Source: Candidatus Saccharimonadota bacterium
GTDB lineage: Bacteria; Patescibacteriota; Gracilibacteria; BD1-5; UBA2023
Direction of reading: 5' to 3'
DNA length: 32,000 nucleotides
Assembly (NCBI GenBank): GCA_042852035.1
Contig: BAAFHK010000002.1
Span: forward strand, 210,001 to 242,000
This document shows, piece by piece, positions 29,937-32,000 of the stretch. The translations under genes were made by a program, and so were the position numbers. Numbering within the stretch: position 1 is the first letter of the stretch; each line of letters starts with the position of its first letter. Below the pieces are notes generated by a model, which did not search any database, was not told where the DNA came from, and saw only the letters and a program-made list of their open reading frames with translations.

Positions 29937-30377
29937 ATGGGAACAAAAGATTCTAGCAAGAAAAAAGTAAAAGAAGTTGATCCAGTGAAGCTTGCAAAAA
30001 AAGCAAAGAAAGCTGAAGAGAAAGCAAAGAAAAAAGCACAAAAAGAAGCTGAAAAAATGGCAAAAAAAGCTGCTAAAAAAGCAAAGAAGGAAGAAAAAAA
30101 AGCAAAGAAAGCTGTAAAAAAGAATCAAGTAAAGGCAGTAGTTCAAAAAAAGGCTCCTACTAAAAGAGCTTCTGTAAAAAAGGCTCCTGCAAAAAAAGCA
30201 GCTCCAGTAAAAAATGTTGCTGTGAAGTCTGAAGTAAAAAAGCCTACTGTTGTAAAAGCTCCTGCTAAACCAACAACCCCTAAGAAAGCTCCAGTTAAGA
30301 AACCAGTTGCAAAAGCTCTTCCAGCTAAGAAGCCTGTAGCAAAAAAAGCAGTAACTCAGACAGCATCAAAAAAATAA
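29937..30377 (+). CDS. Histone H1-like Lys/Ala/Pro-rich nucleoid protein
   Basis: An intact 146-aa ORF with AKKA/KKPV-type low-complexity repeats throughout. It ends in TAA. The minus-strand track ORF 29922..30146 is its antisense shadow. Confidence 0.75.
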   Translation: MGTKDSSKKKVKEVDPVKLAKKAKKAEEKAKKKAQKEAEKMAKKAAKKAKKEEKKAKKAVKKNQVKAVVQKKAPTKRASVKKAPAKKAAPVKNVAVKSEVKKPTVVKAPAKPTTPKKAPVKKPVAKALPAKKPVAKKAVTQTASKK

Positions 30378-30378
30378 T

Positions 30379-30402
30379 CTAGGATTCTTCCTAGGTTTTT
30401 TT
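30379..30402 (+). terminator. Rho-independent terminator
   Basis: The stem is ctagga (30379-30384) / tcctag (30389-30394) with loop ttct, followed by g and a run of seven T. Confidence 0.55.
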
Positions 30403-30559
30403 ATGTGAATCATTTTTTCTAAATGACTCTCTAAAAGGGTCATTTTATTTTCTTCTCTATTTCAGGTGGGGATTATGAATAAATAATTTACTTCATTAAA
30501 ATGCTTTGATATTCGGAAAAAATTACTAGAATCATCGTATATTCATTGTTGATTTTTGT

Positions 30560-31936
30560 ATGAAAAAAAATGTTCTCATTGGTATTAGTGTGCTTCTTTC
30601 TATACTCATTTCTTTCCTCATTTTTCTGAAGAAAGATACTATGAAATCTCAAATTTGGGAAGACGAAAGTACTACAGGATCTCTTAATATAGAGAAGAAA
30701 ATTGATCCTTCAATTCCAGCAGGATGAATCCCGAAGAAATCAACATCAATAGGAAATGTGGATACCAAAATAGATGTTATAAAGCAAGAGAAGATGGATA
30801 AAAATCCACTTCTTATAAATGATATCATGTCCAATCGGCTCTATCTTATGGAAAAGTCTGGTCATGTTCTTTTTGAGTGGCCACTTGGAGATCAATACCT
30901 CTGAAATGATGCATTTTTGCTTCCTGATGGAAAACTCCTTGCTTCAGTAAAATCAAAATCTCCGCATATAATTCTTGGAGGATATTGAGGTATTACTGAA
31001 TATATGGGAACAGGTGCACAGGCCCTTTGGAAGTATGAAATCTCCTCGACAGGCGTAATAGCTCATCATGATACTGAGCTTCTTCCAAACGGAAATATAC
31101 TGACCCTTGTGTGGCGTAAAATAGAGAAAAAGGATGCAAAAAAGATATGATATAAATCTGACATCGATATTTATCCTGAGAGAATAGTAGAAATAAATCC
31201 AACTACGAATTCTATAGTATGGAGGTGGGACTCAATGGATCATATTATCCAAGATGTGAATCCAAATCTTCCAAATTATGGTGTTATAGAGAAACATCCA
31301 GAAAAAATAAATCTCAACTACGCAAATTCAATGAGTGGTATGATAATGCATGGAAATGGACTTTTCTATGATTCCAAGAACGATCTTATCTACATGAGTG
31401 TTTATAATTTTAGTGAAGTATGGGTAATCGATCACAGTACGAGCTCATGAGAAGTTCATACTGGTAAGGGCTGAAATTACTGAAGATGAGGTGATCTTGT
31501 TTATCGATTCGGGAATCCAAGTGCTTACGGTGGAACCTGAACAAGAATCTTCTATAGCAATCACCATCCAAGCTTTACAAAACAATGAACATTTCTTATC
31601 TATTCAAATGGTATAAAGGCAAATCCTGAACAATCAACGGCTTATGAACTTAAGCTTCCAAGTGAGCTTGATGCAAAAAAAGCAACACTTATCTCACCTG
31701 AAATTGTTTGGTCCTATACTCATCCTGATTTGTTCTTCGATAAGGTAGGGGGTATAGTCGAAGCACCAAATGGAAATTTTATCCTTACAGAAGGGGATGG
31801 AAAAATTTGGGAAGTAACAAGAGAAAAAGAACTAGTTTGGACTTACACTGTTAAGCCATGAATGTTTTGGAGGACGTATGTCTATCCATACGGATCTCCA
31901 GAACTTAGTGCTCTAGGAATAGAAGAGAAAAAATAA
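30560..31936 (+). CDS. Arylsulfotransferase (ASST)-family beta-propeller protein, membrane-anchored
   Basis: 458 aa with TGA=Gly; track ORF 31235..31450 is a fragment. The N-terminal TM is MKKNVLIGISVLLSILISFLIF. Motifs are HHDTELLPNGNIL, NGLFYDSKNDLIYMSV, and WVIDHSTSSG...GDLVYRFGNPSAY. It ends in TAA at 31934-31936. Confidence 0.65.
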
Positions 31937-31974
31937 TTCTTGCTTTTTCTTTTATATCGAATATATTCTAAAAC

Positions 31975-32000
31975 ATGTACTCTAATATTGTAAAATCTCT
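31975..32000 (+). CDS. Possible start of the next CDS (partial)
   Basis: From ATG at 31975 the frame stays open to the window end (MYSNIVKS...). Only 8 codons are visible. Confidence 0.15.

Noticed and set aside
28385-30377. Short tandem repeats (18-nt units in the ABC gene; aaaaaagc-type repeats at 29960-30370) were checked as possible CRISPR or satellite arrays.
   Set aside because: Both sets are in-frame coding repeats (KHTEE units; AKKA/KKPV low complexity). There are no unique spacers of regular length, and no CRISPR array is visible anywhere in the window.
1-32000. Pervasive in-frame TGA could mean a decaying genome full of pseudogenes, or sequencing frameshifts.
   Set aside because: The frame is never shifted. 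Reading TGA as sense restores full-length proteins that all end in TAA/TAG, and TGA sits on invariant Gly positions of many unrelated families. This is recoding, not decay.
1-32000. TGA could encode selenocysteine or tryptophan (code 4).
   Set aside because: The aligned residues are the conserved glycines of LSGGQ, GxGxG, the P-loop, CGCG and so on. They are not Cys/Sec or Trp positions. TGG is still used where Trp is expected, for example AIAWH in topA. The density is far too high for Sec.

Overview
This window appears to use genetic code 25, where TGA encodes Gly, as in Gracilibacteria and SR1/Absconditabacteria (CPR bacteria). In every recognisable gene, in-frame TGA sits on invariant glycines, for example LSGGQ, ELGGGTG, CGCG and DEAGRGAWAGP. 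Every CDS I call ends in TAA or TAG. The supplied standard-code ORF track therefore fragments most genes and shows many antisense shadow ORFs, so I re-translated the window by hand with TGA=Gly. The backbone is housekeeping. It holds a HIT hydrolase, a Pol I-type 5'-3' exonuclease, a two-domain wall hydrolase, a STAS protein, FemAB, DUF177, a TPR protein, rlmN, a divergent PAP2, greA and nusG-secE. It also holds tRNA-Thr, hemW, adk, RNase P RNA, rnhB, IscA, Jag/KhpB, tRNA-Ser, a CsoR-like repressor, a methyltransferase, topA, an ABC exporter, a C39-like peptidase, a histone H1-like protein and an arylsulfotransferase-family protein. The accessory part is a very AT-rich island of about 6.7 kb (about 9.9-16.6 kb) lying between tRNA-Thr and the secE-nusG promoter. 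The island carries a large serine recombinase, a densely structured non-coding leader, a small secreted protein, a GC-richer patch, and a 1,086-codon orphan ORF at 10151..13411 (minus strand). That ORF's only recognisable feature is a C-terminal TOPRIM/DUF4435-like motif triad, and it is my best candidate for an undescribed, defence-like system. All family names come from motif recognition by eye, because no database search was possible.
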